Below, piece after piece: positions 62,350-64,000 of a stretch of DNA of 64,000 bases. The position numbers and the translations under genes were made by a program. The stretch lies in contig OZ024756.1 in the NCBI GenBank assembly GCA_964016885.1, positions 25,668,001 through 25,732,000 of the forward strand, in the 5' to 3' direction. This DNA comes from Eledone cirrhosa. Taxonomy: Eukaryota. A model generated the notes under the pieces. It worked only from the letters and a program-made list of their open reading frames with translations, had not been told where the DNA came from and did not search any database. Position 1 is the first letter of the stretch; each line of letters begins with the position of its first letter.

Positions 62350-62895
62350 ACCATCTGGAACGCACTTCGGAAAACAAAATTAACAACAAACGAGGAAGAA
62401 TATATTGAGACAGATGGCACTAAGGAATACTGGTGGAACCTGAAAATAAAAACTGCCACCAAATTAAAGCACAACCGGCCTGATATTGTAGTTTGGGACC
62501 ACACATTGAAAACGTGTTCTGTTGTGGAGATCAGCTGCCCACTTGATGTAAACGTTGTCAGAAAAATACAGGAGAAGGAGGACATCTACGGACCATTGAT
62601 GAGGAGTTTACAAATCCAGTATCCAAGATACACCTTTAGCTTCATACCCATCATTATTGGTGCTACGGGGTATATACCAACCCGCTTGGACCAAAGTATG
62701 ACTGAACTTGGATTTGCGGACAAAAAGCGCAGCTCCCTAATTCATAGTCTACAAATGGCTACGATAGCTGGCACCTTCAAAATTTGCAAAACATTCTTGC
62801 GATTCAAGGGATGACAATTTCTTTTCTTTTACAACCTTGCCACCAGGAAGATGGCCGGTCAAAAAAATATACTCGAAATTAAGAGAAAGAGAAAA
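62350..62895 (+). mobile_element. 3' end of an RLE-type (R4/Dong-like) non-LTR retrotransposon in a (TACA)n tract
   Basis: HNRPDIVVWD...VVEISCPLD...KEDIY...FIPIIIGATG matches a PD-(D/E)xK restriction-like endonuclease. Confidence 0.82.
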
Positions 62896-63395
62896 CATAC
62901 ATACATACATACATACATACATACATACATACATACATACATACATACACACATACATACATACATACATAGATAGATAGATAGATAGATAGATACATAC
63001 ATACATACATACATACATACATACACACATACATACATACATACATACATACATACATACATACATACATACATACATACATACATACATACATACATAC
63101 ATGGTGGCTGCAAACTCTGCTAAGAGTTTTGCAATCGCTTGTCAGATTATAGAGTTTGGTGCACTTTTAGGCTACGGCCAGCCACACGAACCTGTAACAT
63201 ATCCTGAACAAGCAATGCCTGTGCTTTGAAGGTTTTTTAAGTGGTGAAAAGCTTTGCATCGAAAACACTACCCGAAAAGGAAAATTGGTCAACATCATCG
63301 GATGTTTCCGAAGCCGCAGGTTTTTTTTCCAGAGTTTCCCTCTCTTAGAAAGGTGTTGTGATAATAACTGGGGGCCTTTCACTCCCAGGTGACAA

Positions 63396-63427
<32 letters not shown>

Positions 63428-63517
63428 AAACACTAATTGGATGGCCGTTGACTCTGCTGAGTTCTCCGCTCTACATACATACATACATACATACATACAT
63501 ACATACATACATTAGTT

Positions 63518-63795
63518 TACACCTTTAGCTTCATACCCATCATTATTGGTGCTACGGGTTATATACCAACCCGCTTGGACCAAAGTATGACCGAACTTGG
63601 ATTTGCGGACAAAAAGCGCAGCTCCCTAATTCATAGTCTACAAATGGCTGCGATAGCTGGCACCTTCAAAATTTGCAAAACATTCTTGCGATTCAAGGGA
63701 TGACAATTTCTTTTCTTTTACAACCTTGCCACCAGGAAGATGGCCGGTCAAAAAATATACTCGAAATTAAGAGAAAGAGAAAACATACATACATA
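63518..63795 (+). mobile_element. Second, shorter and near-identical copy of the RLE element 3' end
   Basis: Matches about 62629-62895 and is again flanked by (TACA)n. Confidence 0.85.
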
Positions 63796-64000
63796 CATGA
63801 TGGCTGCCCCATCGTTATCGAGTATGGCTTTTACACGAAAGAAAAAAACCCCACATATATTAATAATTAACGGTGCTGCGATCGAATGTGGCTTTTTAGC
63901 ACAGCTAGTGATCTAAAATGTCTTGCACAGAGTTGGCAACCAAAACATTCACTGGCAATAGGCTGCTGTGGTTGGATTTCAGGTATTTTTGCATGTCATT

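Overview
Eukaryotic, AT-rich and microsatellite-saturated animal DNA. The SINE and microsatellite landscape suggests an octopus or other coleoid cephalopod (inference). Three spliced genes were reconstructed by hand: (1) mitochondrial leucyl-tRNA synthetase LARS2, minus strand, 24 coding exons, 27470->6335, about 883 aa; (2) head-to-head with it, the KEOPS t6A enzyme OSGEP/Kae1, plus strand, 12 coding exons, 30804->39126, 335 aa, whose third coding intron is a U12-type AT-AC intron with a duplicated AG-ending acceptor; (3) a type II membrane MYORG-like GH31 protein, minus strand, 57575->43954, which appears to lack the catalytic aspartates and has a candidate alternative N-terminal exon. The rest is SINEs, RTE/CR1/R4-type LINE remnants, a deleted mariner, MITEs and minisatellites. 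The strongest signal not explained by these features is about a dozen minimal type I hammerhead ribozyme motifs from several unrelated families. Most sit in short, often fold-back, elements between (TA)n tracts and resemble Penelope-like or retrozyme termini. Four intact ones are in sense orientation in the GH31 intron. Most ORFs in the supplied track are microsatellite artefacts.
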